DNA from: Basidiobolus meristosporus CBS 931.73
Lineage: Eukaryota; Fungi; Basidiobolomycota
Direction of reading: 5' to 3'
Length of the DNA stretch: 33,515 bases
Assembly: GCA_002104905.1 (NCBI GenBank)
Contig: MCFE01000819.1
Coordinates: 1-33,515, forward strand
Positions within the stretch are counted from its first letter, which is position 1; each line of letters begins with the position of its first letter. Shown here in pieces: positions 10,401 to 22,094 of this stretch. The notes under the pieces were generated by a model, which ran no database searches, was not told the DNA's origin, and saw only the letters and a list, made by a program, of their open reading frames with translations. Both the position numbers and the translations under genes were made by a program.

Positions 10401-11139
10401 ATGGCACCCCCAAGAAATTGTATTCCATAGAACAGTATGTGTCCATATATCCTTGGTTTGACTGATTCGTGTTCTGTGGAAGAGACACCTAGCATATTCT
10501 CTGGGCATGAACGAATACTAGGTTGTTTGCTCCAAGTCAACGGAAAGTTGGGTCGCAGCCCGCACTTTACCATCCATTCATCTACTTTTAGGCTCCAAGA
10601 CCTACAAGGTCCCCAGACGTCCCTTCGAGAAGGAGCGTATTGACCAAGAATTGAAGATCATTGGTGAATACGGTCTCCGTAACAAGCGCGAGATCTGGAG
10701 AATTGGCTACACCCTCTCCAACATCCGTCGTGCTGCTCGTGAGCTTCTTACCTTAGACCCCAAGGATACCCGCCGTTTGTTCGAGGGTAACGCCCTCATC
10801 CGTCGTCTTATTCGCATTGGTGTCTTGGACGAGTCCAAGGCCAAGCTCGATTACGTCTTGGGTTTGAAGGTCGAAGATTTCTTGGAGCGCAGACTCCAAA
10901 CCCAGGTCTTCAAGCTTGGATTGGCCAAGTCCATCCATCACGCCCGTGTCCTCATCAAGCAAAGACACATCCGTGTTGGTAAGCAAGTCGTCGACATCCC
11001 CTCCTTCGTTGTTCGTTTGGAATCCCAAAAGCACATCGACTTCGCCTTGACCTCTCCCTATGGTGGTGGTCGCCCTGGCCGTGTCAAGAGAAAGAGAATG
11101 GCCGCTGCCGGTGGTGATGCCGAAGAAGATGAGGAATAA
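10401..11139 (+). CDS. RPS9: 40S ribosomal protein uS4 (S9)
   Basis: Exon 1 10401-10419 and exon 2 10592-11139 give [43 protein letters not shown]...[16 protein letters not shown]...[10 protein letters not shown]. Confidence 0.97.
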
Positions 11140-11341
11140 ATGTTACCGCAAGGACTTCCCTCTCCTTCAGTTTGTCATTATAATAAACAAGCAACATTCA
11201 CACACAGTCCATGATTATTTGTTACATCGTAATCAACACTAGGGTTCCCGCGAGGTTTCCTACGCACACACCAGAACTGTCACTCATTAAGTTTAATTTA
11301 ATTGAATTCATTCGTCTACTTGACACATAATTTACACTGGT

Positions 11342-12312
11342 TCATTTACGTCTACGTTTGGTCTCCCTGGCCTCATCGTCCACTGACCCATCGACCGAGG
11401 ACGAATCAACGCTCTGGAAATTGGACAACGTTAGGAGTGGTGGGAGGTGGGTGGTGGGTGGAACTCATGATCCAGCAGAAAGTCATTTACCTTGGATCTT
11501 CTCTCTTCACGGGCTTTCTGGATTTTTTGGACTACTCGGAGCAGCTCGTCCTCCAGCATTTTAAGCTCATCCTTCTTGGCAATCAAGACGGCCCCAGGCT
11601 AGGATAATAGATGTTAGGTACATGCTTTTGGTACGAAGCCCAACCTCAATTCCTTACGTCTTCAGGCTTGGGAAGCTCTATGCTTCGCCATTCTTCTTCG
11701 GAGATTTCGTAGCTAGCGAATCGTGGGTTACGAACAGCACACTCCCATGAGGACTGACGGACACTTACGTTCGTTTGTGTTCCAGCAATCTACGCTTAAT
11801 CTCCTCGCGTGTAAGTTTACCGCCGGTATTTACGATGCAGTTGTTCTTTCTCTTGATGCCTGGCCCTTGTTTCTTGGAGTTGATTTCTCCAATGACGAAT
11901 GGGTCCAGATGTAAACCAGCAAACTCTAAAATGGCAACCTTGCTTAGTCGGATAGGCCGTGCGAATTGTCCGTTTCCTTCCCATACCTGCGGTACTCTGT
12001 TGACCCAACATGCGCTGAAGCTGCAGGTTCATTTGTGCAATGGTCTTTCCAAATAAACATTGGGATTCGATGATTTTCGCCCAATTACCAATTCCGAACT
12101 TCATCACCGCTTTACGGAGGATGTGTACCTCTGGTTCTGTCCAGCCTAAGCAATAAACCAAAATTATCAACCGTTTTCTGGTGAGATGAGGTGGAAGGGA
12201 GTCTTGCTATACCAGGTGAAAGTGTACAATTCCACAAACTGGCGGAATCGTTAGAGCGCAAGACATTACGTGCTCCAACGGGCATGGAACGTGGCTTATA
12301 TACGTCAGTCAT
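11342..12312 (-). CDS. p1: MTA1c (6mA methyltransferase complex) subunit p1-like Myb/HTH protein, ~216 aa
   Basis: Six exons (12312-12213, 12145-11987, 11925-11769, 11712-11658, 11598-11491, 11413-11342) splice in frame. LWNCTLSPGWTEPEVHILRKAVMKFGIGNWAKIIESQCLFGKTIAQMNLQLQRMLGQQSTAEFAGLHLD matches my recollection of the p1 family signature. Confidence 0.75.
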
Positions 12313-12723
12313 GATTACACAACAAAGGACTTGTTTAGGAGAGGAGTGTGAGAGTGTATCAAAGACGGTCTCTTGCCAGAAGTGAGTTTCGACTGGCAAC
12401 AAGCAATGTTATTTATCAAATGGTGTTTATCCTTAGACTGGTGGAATTTTCCCAACTTAACCTGGCCTTTGTTTACTATTGTGAAAAATCTACTGCGGTC
12501 TCAAGGGTTCAACCAAAGTTAAACATCTCCTAAACGGAAATCGTCAAGTTAAGCATCTGTTTATGCGAGTGAAATCGGACCCTCCGCCATATTTGGATGG
12601 CACTTTTTTTTTCCTTGATTTTGTTTCTCTCACATTCTCTGTGATTAATAACTGTTTAATACAAAGAGAGGTGGAGTAGCTGGTTTGAGAGGCGCTTAGT
12701 TGACCACGAAACCTACCCGCGAC

Positions 12724-14187
12724 ATGGAGGAGCAATTTTTAGAAGTACGGGTTCTCACTGCAGTTTTCCAGAATACTCGTTTAACCGTTTTTCTGTTGCC
12801 CCACTTTGTAGTTAACCACTTTCTTGAACGACCCCAAGGCCGAGGTACGAATTCGATTGTTAGTCTTCTTGTTGTGACCGAACTAAATATCCTTGGGTCG
12901 CTAGGTCCGCCAATTGGCTGTCAAGCACGTATTAAGCTTCACCACCAAGGATTCTGGATATCTACCTCTATTCAAGAAACATGGACCCCAAGTTATTGGC
13001 GATTTAAAGAAATTGTGCAGAGAGCCCACTGTGAGTAGCCTGCACTCAGTAGCCCCAGGAAACCGAAGATTAATATGGGTTCCTCTATTCTCTAGCTTGT
13101 TGCCCACGATGCTCTCTCAGCCTTGATCAATCTTACCAGTGACCAGGAAATCATTGAGTACTTGAATGATATGGGCTTCATCAAGCTGTTGGTCCTAATT
13201 ATCATTGTAAGCAAACGACCCGTCCAATTTCGTAATTCCACTGCAAAGATGCTCATGTGCCTCTGACTCCACCAGATCCCCAAATCCATCCTAGCCGACC
13301 TTGCATGCATGCTTCTCGCCAACATTTCCAAGTCGGAATCTGTGTGCGCAAAGCTGATGGAGGCCACCAGCACCCCAGTTGATTCTTTGACCAAATCGCA
13401 TCGAGTAATTGACCAATTGGCCGAAATCTTTGTGAAAGGATACGAGAGAAAGTACAACACCAATGCGGAATTCCACTTCCTTGCCAGTGTGTTCGCCAAC
13501 ATCACCACCGTACGTAGAGCTGACAGCGCAACCGACGGGTTTCGGGCCATACTAACCGCTTTCTAGATCCCACCAGGCCGCAACTTCTTCATCGACAAGT
13601 CTGAGGCCGACAACGAGGCCCCACTTTCCAAGATCACTTGTTTCACTGAAGACAAGCACGTCATTCGTCGAGGCGGAGTCATCTCCACCATCAAGTATGT
13701 AGCAGCTCAGCACGCAAGCTCAGCACGCTCCTTTGTCTTTCGCATGGATTCTAATGTTTGAGTGTGTAGGAACTGCTGCTTCGCCACCGCCAGACACATG
13801 GAGCTTTTAGATGAAGAGCAAATCAACGTTCTCCCATCGATCCTACTTCCTTTGTGTGGTCCCGAAGAGTTCGATCTGGATGATATGGACGGTATGCCTG
13901 AGGAGGTTCAGCTTCTGCCCGAGTCCAAGAAGAGAGAGGCTGATCCTCATCTTCGACGCATCCTGCTCGAAGCACTGGTGTTGCTGACCACCACTCGTGA
14001 GGGCCGTGACATCCTTAGAGCCAAGAAGGTTTATCCCATTGTCCGAGAGGCCCACTTGGCCGAGCAAGACTCGGAGATCCAGGAAGTGGCCGATAGAATT
14101 GTGCAAATGATTATGCGCGACGAGCCCAAGATCGCGGAGCAAGAGCCAATGGAGGACGATGACGATGACAAGATCATTGAAATGTAA
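12724..14187 (+). CDS. HGH1: Hgh1/FAM203, eEF2 chaperone
   Basis: Spliced product: MEEQFLELTTFLNDPKAEVRQLAV...AHDALSALINL...LADLACMLLANISK...FHFLASVFANIT...FTEDKHVIRRGGVISTIKNCCF...ILLPLCGPEEFDLDDMDGMPEEVQLLPESKKREAD...ILLEALVLL. Confidence 0.92.
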
Positions 14188-14402
14188 GTCGGTGTCAAAT
14201 CGCCAATGTTAATTTAATGTACAAACATTACTTCGCCCATGTCTTGCGTGTTGCCACTTTGTATCTCCGAATAAAACTATAGATATCGCCAAGGAATTTT
14301 CTTCCATCCCATTTGGTTCGCTTTGGTTTGCTTTTTTTTATTGGATTTGATATTTGATCATTTCAATCGGCGTGAGGTCCGTATTTCCTGCGAGTGTATT
14401 GA

Positions 14403-16017
14403 ATGAGCCTCCCTCCAACATATGCACAGCAAGGAGCTGACCAGCCTCCTCACACACCCTATTTCCAACCTCCGGTAAGTTCGAGGCTCCCCTTTGAAGT
14501 GTAGCCCGATAGCTAATGGTACACCCCGTGCAATAGCCATACGCAATACCACCGGAGCATCTCTATCCAAACAACTTCCACAAGTCCATATCAATACGAG
14601 CAATACTATGCACCATACACAGCGGAACCAGCGCCACCGATGGCGATGAATTTAACTGGGGCCACAAATTTAGGTGAACAATGGTTTTTACCTACTCATG
14701 CTGCATACAACCATTCATCGACCCCTTTTAGTTGGTGCAGAAGCAGCCCCAATCTCGGCCGATCAGTCCTGGCTGGAATCCTGGCTAAAGACAAAGGACA
14801 TCTCTTTACCCACTGATAAAGCAGCCAAGAAGGGGGAGAGCTCCTTGCTCGAGGTTCGACGAAAAACCTTTCATTGTATGCAGCTGCAAGCCGAGTTTGA
14901 ACAGAAGATCTCTGACTTGGAGAAGGGTGGTTTGAATGCAGACGCAGACGACTGGGAGAAGAGGAGGCTGGAATTAGAAGAGTTGAAGGTTTGGCTGTCG
15001 TCGCACCCCTCAACCCGATCACCACTAACTGAACAGTCCGAATAGTCACAAATAAGAGAATCCCTGGACTCCTTGACCAGCAGCCCGAAGGAGCTCGAGA
15101 GGTTGAAACAAAAGATCGCGAAGAGAGAACGACACAAGGTGGGATAGCCTTACAATCCAATCATTCTTCGAGAGAGTCCGCTGACTTTATCAATTGGAAA
15201 AGAAATGGCGCAGGAGACACATCAAAAAGCTACAGGCTGTCAGAGATGAGCGACAACGCAAACGCGAGACCCTACACAAGGACATCGATGAATGGAGAGC
15301 CGAGTGGTTAGAGAAGGATAAAGTCACCAAGGAGGTACGCCGTCAGCATCGTATAAGCTAAGCAGCAAGTATCTTTTTCTACCCCAATCTCATAGGAAGC
15401 CGTCCGAAAGCTCAAGGCTGACACCAAAGTGGAGCAAGTCGAGCAGAAGCGGAACAAACACAAAGATCTCACGGAACTGCTGAAAGAGATGCTAAAGCTT
15501 CGCGACCTTCGACGAGAAAAGCTGAAAAAAGAAGGTAAGAGTAGATGGCGACCGTGGACAGCGCCAGTGATTAACATCCGCCCCCCATCCAGGCCATTAC
15601 TTCCCAGAACAAGAGGATCCATTCTTCGATCAGATTCGTCAGCTGGACGAAGCAATCCAACAAGAAGGAAAACAACTCGAGGACGCGACCACCGAAGCAA
15701 ACGAAAGCAAACGTAAAGAGGCGATCGAAGCTAGAATGAAGGAACGCGGCACCGACTCTATATTTGAGTATTATCACCAAGCGAAATTCGACTTGGACAA
15801 CCTTGTTCACATCAGGTACTTAGTCCTAATCCCAGCCCTAACCCCCTCAGCCCCCACGATACCCATCAACTAACCTCACCTTACTGTAAGACGTCAATGG
15901 GACGAATACATTGTTCCGCGAGGAACCTACGGCGCGTCCCGGATTCCCCCACGATACGTGGATCCAGCCCCGCCCGGAAACCATGTCTGGGCATCCTGTC
16001 TTGTCTTTAAGGAATAA
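14403..16017 (+). CDS. PDCD7: PDCD7 / U11-59K-like minor-spliceosome protein (5' end uncertain)
   Basis: Multi-exon coiled-coil protein with MLKLRDLRREKLKKEG, FEYYHQAKFDLDNLVHIRRQWDEYIV and ASRIPPRYVDPAPPGNHVWASCL, the PDCD7-type C-terminus. Start is either 14403 (needs a 1-nt indel in exon 2) or 14640. Confidence 0.72.
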
Positions 16018-16301
16018 ACCCAAACACCAAATTCACCATCAATCAACCAATTTTGATCCCGTTGATATAGTTGCTGATAAAGCGTCTGGGATGTAGCTAA
16101 TATGTAGAGCTGGACCGTAGCCACCATGCTTTTTGGGGGAGATCTGGAAACCAGGAAATCATCTAGATTCAGCTAGCGATTAATCCAGCACCCTGACCCA
16201 TTCATTAACCACGATCCTAATGGATATCGAAATTTTTCTAAATTATCAATGCCACTTCAGCAAGTTCACCTCTGACTGCATATTTCATAAAACTTCTCAC
16301 C

Positions 16302-18379
16302 ATGTACAGGGGAGCACCAAGATTCCTTACCACTATATCCAAGAGCCCCCTCCAAGCCATCCGCGGCGGCCATTGTTCACTAGCTGGCTCCGGCTCTCTT
16401 CGTCAATTTCATTCACAGAGCTCGCTTCTTCAAGCAAGTCCCATGAACGTCCCTTTCTCGGAGGAAGCGAAGGTCGAGAAACAATATGACATCGTGATTC
16501 TGGGCGGCGGCATAGCCGGCTCGTCGTTAGCCTGTGCTCTAGGTAATGGTCTCTGCTCGAATCCACAAGTCAGTTTTCTCACTACGTTTGATGAATAGCG
16601 GGCGCACCTGAGCTTCGCCAGAAGAAGATTGCCTTACTAGATGCTTTCGACCTCGGGAAAGTTCGCGACTGGGTACCTCCGGAAAAAGGCTTCATGAACC
16701 GAGTGGTTTCCTTGACGCCTAGCTCGGTCAAGTTCCTTCGCAGTATGATTTCCTGATATGCACTGCCCTCACCATGTATGCAGACTAAACATATAAAAAC
16801 ATAGGTATTGGTGCCTGGGACAGGGTTCGCGTAGAGCGCTCCATGCCATATCAGCATATGGAGGTAAACCGTTGCGAAGCTAGTCTTGACATGATGACAA
16901 CCCCATTCAACCATAAGTTTTAAACCAGGTCTGGGATGGGCTAGGTGACGGTCGAGTTCAATTCTCTACCGAAATGCTGGATTTCCCTGCCGAAGCCATG
17001 GCATGGATTATCGAGAACAACAACATACAATCGGCTGTGCTCCAGAAGCTGGCCGAATACGACAACGCAGTGGATGTTATCGATAATAGCAAAGTCCAGG
17101 AGATCTTTCACTCTACACCAGCCGAGCAGACATCGCCGGATCAAGCAGACACTTCTGAATGGCCAGTGGTCAGACTAGAAAATGGCACGACGCTTAGGAC
17201 TAGATTACTGGTAGGCTTCGGGTATTCGATCGAGCAGTCTGATGTCATCTAACACCGAGATTAAGGTTGGTGCCGATGGCGTCAATTCACCAGTCCGTAA
17301 ATTTGCTCAGATCGAATCCTACGGGTGGGATTACGACCAGCATGGCATTGTCGCTACTTTACAACACCAGTCCAATGTCGACGAGCCGTCCACTTTGGTG
17401 AACACTACCGCTTGGCAGCGATTCCTTCCAACCGGCCCTATTGCCATGCTCCCGGTAAGTGAATCCCGCCCTCCATACTTGACAACACTGTACTCATTGT
17501 CTTGGCAACCCGCTCAGCTTGACTCCAACCACTCATCTCTGGTGTGGTCAGTGCCCCCAAGCCTTGCTGCCAAGCTTAAGCTGTGCTCCCCAGAATTGTT
17601 TTCGCAACTCATCAATGCGGCCTATCGCCTGGTTCCCGCCGATCTCGACTACCTCTACACCCAAATCGGCGATGATGGCCAGGCCCTTTCAGACATAATG
17701 GGAGATATCGCATGGCGCGAGGAGCAAACTGGGCAAGTGACCAAGCATCACAGCCTACCACCCAAAGTTGTCAATATTCAGGACAAGAGTCGTGCTTCGT
17801 TCCCGTTCAGATTGAGAAACGCAGAAAGATACGTGGAGGAGCGCTTGGCACTAGTCGGGTGAGTCGCAATCGCATCCTCAGTGAAGAGCGGTGTACTAAT
17901 GCGATTGTATTAGCGATGCTGCGCACGCCACTCATCCCCTCGCCGGCCAAGGATTGAACTATGGGTTGGGGGATGTTCAATCGATCTCCAAAGTGATCAT
18001 TGATGGGGTTAGAAATGGCCAGGATATCGGTAGGCATCGGGTAGTGTGTTGGCTCGGATGACTTGCTCATTTGGTTCTTCGCAGGAAACATCAACGTTCT
18101 CACCCAATATTCCGCGGAACGATTTTTCCCCAATGCTGCGATGCTCGGCGCGGTTGACAAATTGAAGCGGCTGTTCGCATTCAATAGCGCGCCCATTGTG
18201 TGGGCCAGATCCTTCGGTTTAGACGCCACCAATGCCATGGGACCACTTAAGGTATGGATAGCAGCATCTGAATGATCCCCACCCACACCCACACCCACAA
18301 ACTGACATATCGCCTCCCCACTTTCCAGACGCAGATCGTGAAGTACGCCATGGGCTTGGAAACCTCGGTGAAACCTTAA
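16302..18379 (+). CDS. COQ6: Ubiquinone biosynthesis FAD monooxygenase Coq6
   Basis: Mitochondrial presequence; YDIVILGGGIAG (FAD GxGxxG); NRVVSLTP; VWDG; LLVGADGVNSPVRK; AWQRFLPTGPIAMLP; LVGDAAHATHPLAGQGLNYG; VDKLKRLF. Confidence 0.94.
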
Positions 18380-19036
18380 TATCCGTAGAAATGATGGTTA
18401 TTCTCAGACGGATGGGTTCGGATTGACCGATTTCTATCGAGGATAGTTTTGATTTTTGATTAAAATTCGCCTAGAAATAGGGTTCCCCACCCGATTCAAA
18501 TGAAGTGTTGTTGGTTCAGATTTAGTTAAATGGGCATTCTATCCACCCTGCTGAGACGCAACCCACATATTCATCCATAGCCCAAGCACGACAATAATCT
18601 CCGTACCGGATCTTTCCTGACGGTGAGCACCACCAGCAGGATCCCACATCAAACAACAACACTGCTCCAAGTGGGTGGGTAACGATCGGCAGGATTGGTG
18701 TGGACGGTGTGGGTGCCAAAAGAAGCTAGCACTTGCGAAACATAGATGGCCTAATCGATGGGATTTGGTTGGTGAAACGCGTGTATAAATCAATGGATTA
18801 CGAACGCGTCTGTGGATCCCACATGACATGTAGTAGGGCCGCGTTTTCGTGATGGCAACCAATTGGATATGCAACTTGACTCTATTTCGATTCTGATAAG
18901 ATGCGCCCTTGCGGAATTCGTATAAATAGCGGGGCCCTCTATGGGTGACAATAGTTCCATCTCTTTTTCAATTTATCTTCTGTATACATCGATCACTCCC
19001 CCTAACCTAGCCCCCCCCCTCCATAATCTAATCAAA

Positions 19037-19294
19037 ATGGCGAAAGAGAAGTCCACCAAAAGATCCGGAGGGAAGAAGCTCTCCCCCTATAATAAGTTCA
19101 TGAAAACCGAGCTTCCAAAGGTGAAGGCCGAAGACCCGTCGATTTCTCACAAAGACGCGTTCAAGGTGGCGGCCGGCAGATGGAAAGCCTCCGCCGAGAA
19201 CCCAGCCAACAAGAAGGAGAGCAAGGAGGTGAAGGAGTCCAAGGAACCAAAGGAATCCAAGGAGTCCAAGACCGAGGAGGAGACGAAAGAGTAA
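19037..19294 (+). CDS. Small YABBY/HMG-box-like protein, 85 aa
   Basis: MAKEK...KKLSPYNKFMKTELPKVKAEDPSISHKDAFKVAAGRWK, the YABBY-type HMG helix pattern, plus a KESKE repeat tail. TATAAATA near 18921. Confidence 0.8.
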   Translation: MAKEKSTKRSGGKKLSPYNKFMKTELPKVKAEDPSISHKDAFKVAAGRWKASAENPANKKESKEVKESKEPKESKESKTEEETKE

Positions 19295-19518
19295 GGGTTG
19301 GCGGTGCTGCGGAAGGCTTTTTTTTCGTGTATAGACTCTAGTGTATATCAGTGAACATTTTCTTCGATTTTTCTGTGAAAATTTAATAAAGTTCCTTGTT
19401 ACAAACGGATGCATAGATTGTCTGGGAGGGGGGATTTGTCATTGGTCGCAATGGGTCAGGGCAGGATGCGGCAAAGTGGCGGTGTGGGATGGGCTGCTGA
19501 GTTGATCGTGATCTTTCG

Positions 19519-20241
19519 CTACAGAGTCGTCCAGAACACCGAAATCACCGACACCAGCAGGATCTCTACGTTGAGGGCGACTGCTTCAACCGCGCTTTCG
19601 ATCGGTGTGCTGCCTGGCTTGATCATTGGGGGAATGATTGTTGGGATGGGCTGGGCTTTGCTTGGAGTGGGAGAAATGGTGCCACTGGCCGCGGTCGTTG
19701 ACTTGCTTGAAGATGGCGTGAGAGTGCCACTGGCTGAAGGTTTCAAATTCACATTCGAGGGTGATGAGCTGGTAGGACTAGGGCTAGGCTAGGGCTGACT
19801 GATGCAGAGCTACCGCTGCTCGTGGTGATGTTGAAAAATGGTGAAAACGAAGTACCCGAGCCCCCGTTGGCACCTAACGCGTATTGGCCAGCGGCGATGT
19901 TGGCTGGGATGGCCCAGTTGTATCTCCCGGTTGATGAGGTGATATTTTCCGCTATCACGCTCACCAGCTTCAAATTGATTGCTGGCCCGTTCAGCAGCTG
20001 TAGATTAATGGAGCTGGGCATAGGGGCGCTGTCGTTGTTGTCCATCCTGTGAAGAAAACATGTCCGTTAGTAGAGGTGGCTTAGGGAAGTCTGATTCGGG
20101 GAGTAATCACCATGTTATCAGGTGGCTGGTCCCTGCTTCCCATGTGGCGGCTATGGGTGCGGTAAATGCCAGGCTAGCTTCAACCGAGGCTTGCTCGCAC
20201 AAGAAGATGGCTAGGATAGATGCGGTGAGGATATTCAACAT
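19519..20241 (-). CDS. GPI-anchored Ser/Thr-rich cell-surface protein (Kre9/Knh1-N-like Ig domain), apparent 1-bp deletion near 19787
   Basis: Signal peptide MLNILTASILAIFLCEQASVEA; FTAP...W..G..ITW; LQLLNG...YNWAIP...GQYAL...FSPFFNI. Exons 20241-20111 and 20046-19519. S/T/P stalk and hydrophobic C-terminus (ILLVSVISVFWTTL). Confidence 0.8.
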
Positions 20242-20653
20242 GTTGATGACTTTGAGGATGTACGGAGCAGTTGTTCATTTAAATACAGCCAGGGTTAGGG
20301 ATCAGTCTCAGCCTTCAGAATAAGAGACAACCATCGTCAACAGTCTAAGCAGCACCATATTTACCAAATATGTCAGCCACCCTATACACTGGATAAGCCC
20401 AAGAATGGCGAATCTTTAAATCAAAGATGCCATAAGCTTATTCCGTATCAGTTAATTTGGCACTTGGTTGACCCGCTGGTAAATCGAATCCACTTGGGAA
20501 TATGAGAACCCGTTAGTAAATTAAATGCCTTGGTATCACCCTACGCAATGATCACGTTTTTCCAATCGAATGATTCATGCCGTTTGTTCGTGGATTCGTT
20601 AAAAGGCTCCATCTGAGATCCCTCCCTTTACCCAGCTCTCCTCCATTGTAAAT

Positions 20654-21106
20654 ATGCTTCCAGCAAAGACCAACAAGGTGGATTTAAGTGTAAGTGTCAA
20701 GAAGCAGTCGACCGCTCCCCATGAAACTCACCTTCGTTCCAGAAGCTTTCCCCAGAGGAATTGAAGATCTTCAAGATGTACGGTCGACTACCAAGCGGCA
20801 AGGATCTCCTAAGTCGCAAACTCAAGGTATGTACGTCGCGAACGAGCCCTATTCGTATTCACCTATACTGATGATACGTAGGACCGTAAGTACTTCGACT
20901 CTGGAGACTATGCCTTACAAAAGGCCGGCAAAACCTCTGATGTTGGGTCCATCCACCCTAGCCCTGACACTATCCCACACCCTCAAAGTCCGACTGTGGT
21001 CCCCTCCACGGGTACCACGACACAACTTCTCCAACCCAAGGAAGATCCGTCGCAATTGGCAACCGAAACTACTGAGGACACTCAAGCCGGTCCCAAAGTG
21101 GCATAA
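20654..21106 (+). CDS. IGO1: Endosulfine/ARPP-19 family (Igo1/2-like), 114 aa
   Basis: Exons 20654-20689, 20743-20826, 20882-21106: LSPEELKIFKMYGRLPSGKDLL...DRKYFDSGDYAL, containing the FDSGDY Greatwall/Rim15 site. Confidence 0.88.
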
Positions 21107-21614
21107 ATCGTAACTGAATTTCTTCTACTCCACCCATTCCAACGCATACTCACACCGATGGTCAACTCAGGTTAGACTGGTAACCCAAAGCCCTGACGCT
21201 CATACATCCAACCCTATATACACCGTCTATACAAAACCCCATAGAGACGAAGCCCAAGCGTAAGGGCGATCGGAAGTCGGATGGGCCGTCGAACGTTTAA
21301 ATATTCACCGCCCTATGCTCTCGACAATCTACATGGTTCCAATTTGCAATATGATGCGCACATTGACAATAAATAGCAGTTCGAGGACATCTATAATCTG
21401 CGTCCAGCATTAGTATGCTGAGGTGATAACGGCTTGATTTGGTCTATCAAGTGTCTACATTAGCATATCCCAAATCGGTCGGGAAGAGGCCAGACTCTGC
21501 TAGCGAAGCTGCGAGATGTTTTTCAGCCAATGACCCGGAAGTGTTTATCGGGGAGTCTAGAATATAAATATCTAGGCTGGCGTCCGGTTATTCGCCACCA
21601 TTGTTTGTTCCAAT

Positions 21615-22094
21615 ATGTCCACTCAGCCAAGCAACTACATGTTTAACCACACCTCGTTACGTGTGAAGGATCCCCAGAGGTCAGTCCAATTTTATACCCA
21701 GGTGCTGGGAATGAAGCTGGTGTACAAAAAGGACTTCGAAAGCGACCAATTCACCCTCTATTTCCTCGCCTACACCAACGAAGAGCTTCCAGAGTCCCCA
21801 GAGGAGCTTTCCGCATGGGTTTTTTCGCGCCCGGGTGTGTTGGAGCTTACACACAACTGGGGCACCGAGAAGGACGATTCGTTCAAGGGATACCACAGCG
21901 GTAACCAGGAGCCACGCGGATACGGTCACATCGCTCTCACCGTGGACAATGTCGAGGAAGCCTGCAAACGTCTTGATACGCTGAACGTGAACTACGTCAA
22001 GCGTCCGGAGGATGGCAAGATGAGAGATATCGCATTCATCACTGACCCAGATGGCTATTGGATTGAGCTCCTCCCACACCGACTTATCCTTTAA
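21615..22094 (+). CDS. GLO1: Glyoxalase I (lactoylglutathione lyase), single VOC-pair, intronless
   Basis: NHTSLRVKDP, FTLYFL, VLELTHNWGTE, YHSGNQEPRGYGHIAL, AFITDPDGYWIEL. TATAAATA about 50 bp upstream. Confidence 0.95.
   Translation: MSTQPSNYMFNHTSLRVKDPQRSVQFYTQVLGMKLVYKKDFESDQFTLYFLAYTNEELPESPEELSAWVFSRPGVLELTHNWGTEKDDSFKGYHSGNQEPRGYGHIALTVDNVEEACKRLDTLNVNYVKRPEDGKMRDIAFITDPDGYWIELLPHRLIL

Noticed and set aside
10447-10454. ATATCCTT (AT-AC donor-like) in the RPS9 intron
   Set aside because: No TCCTTAAC branch site, and it lies downstream of the in-frame stop.
18400-18900. ORFs 18522-18719 and 18539-18874
   Set aside because: No motif or splice support; treated as intergenic.
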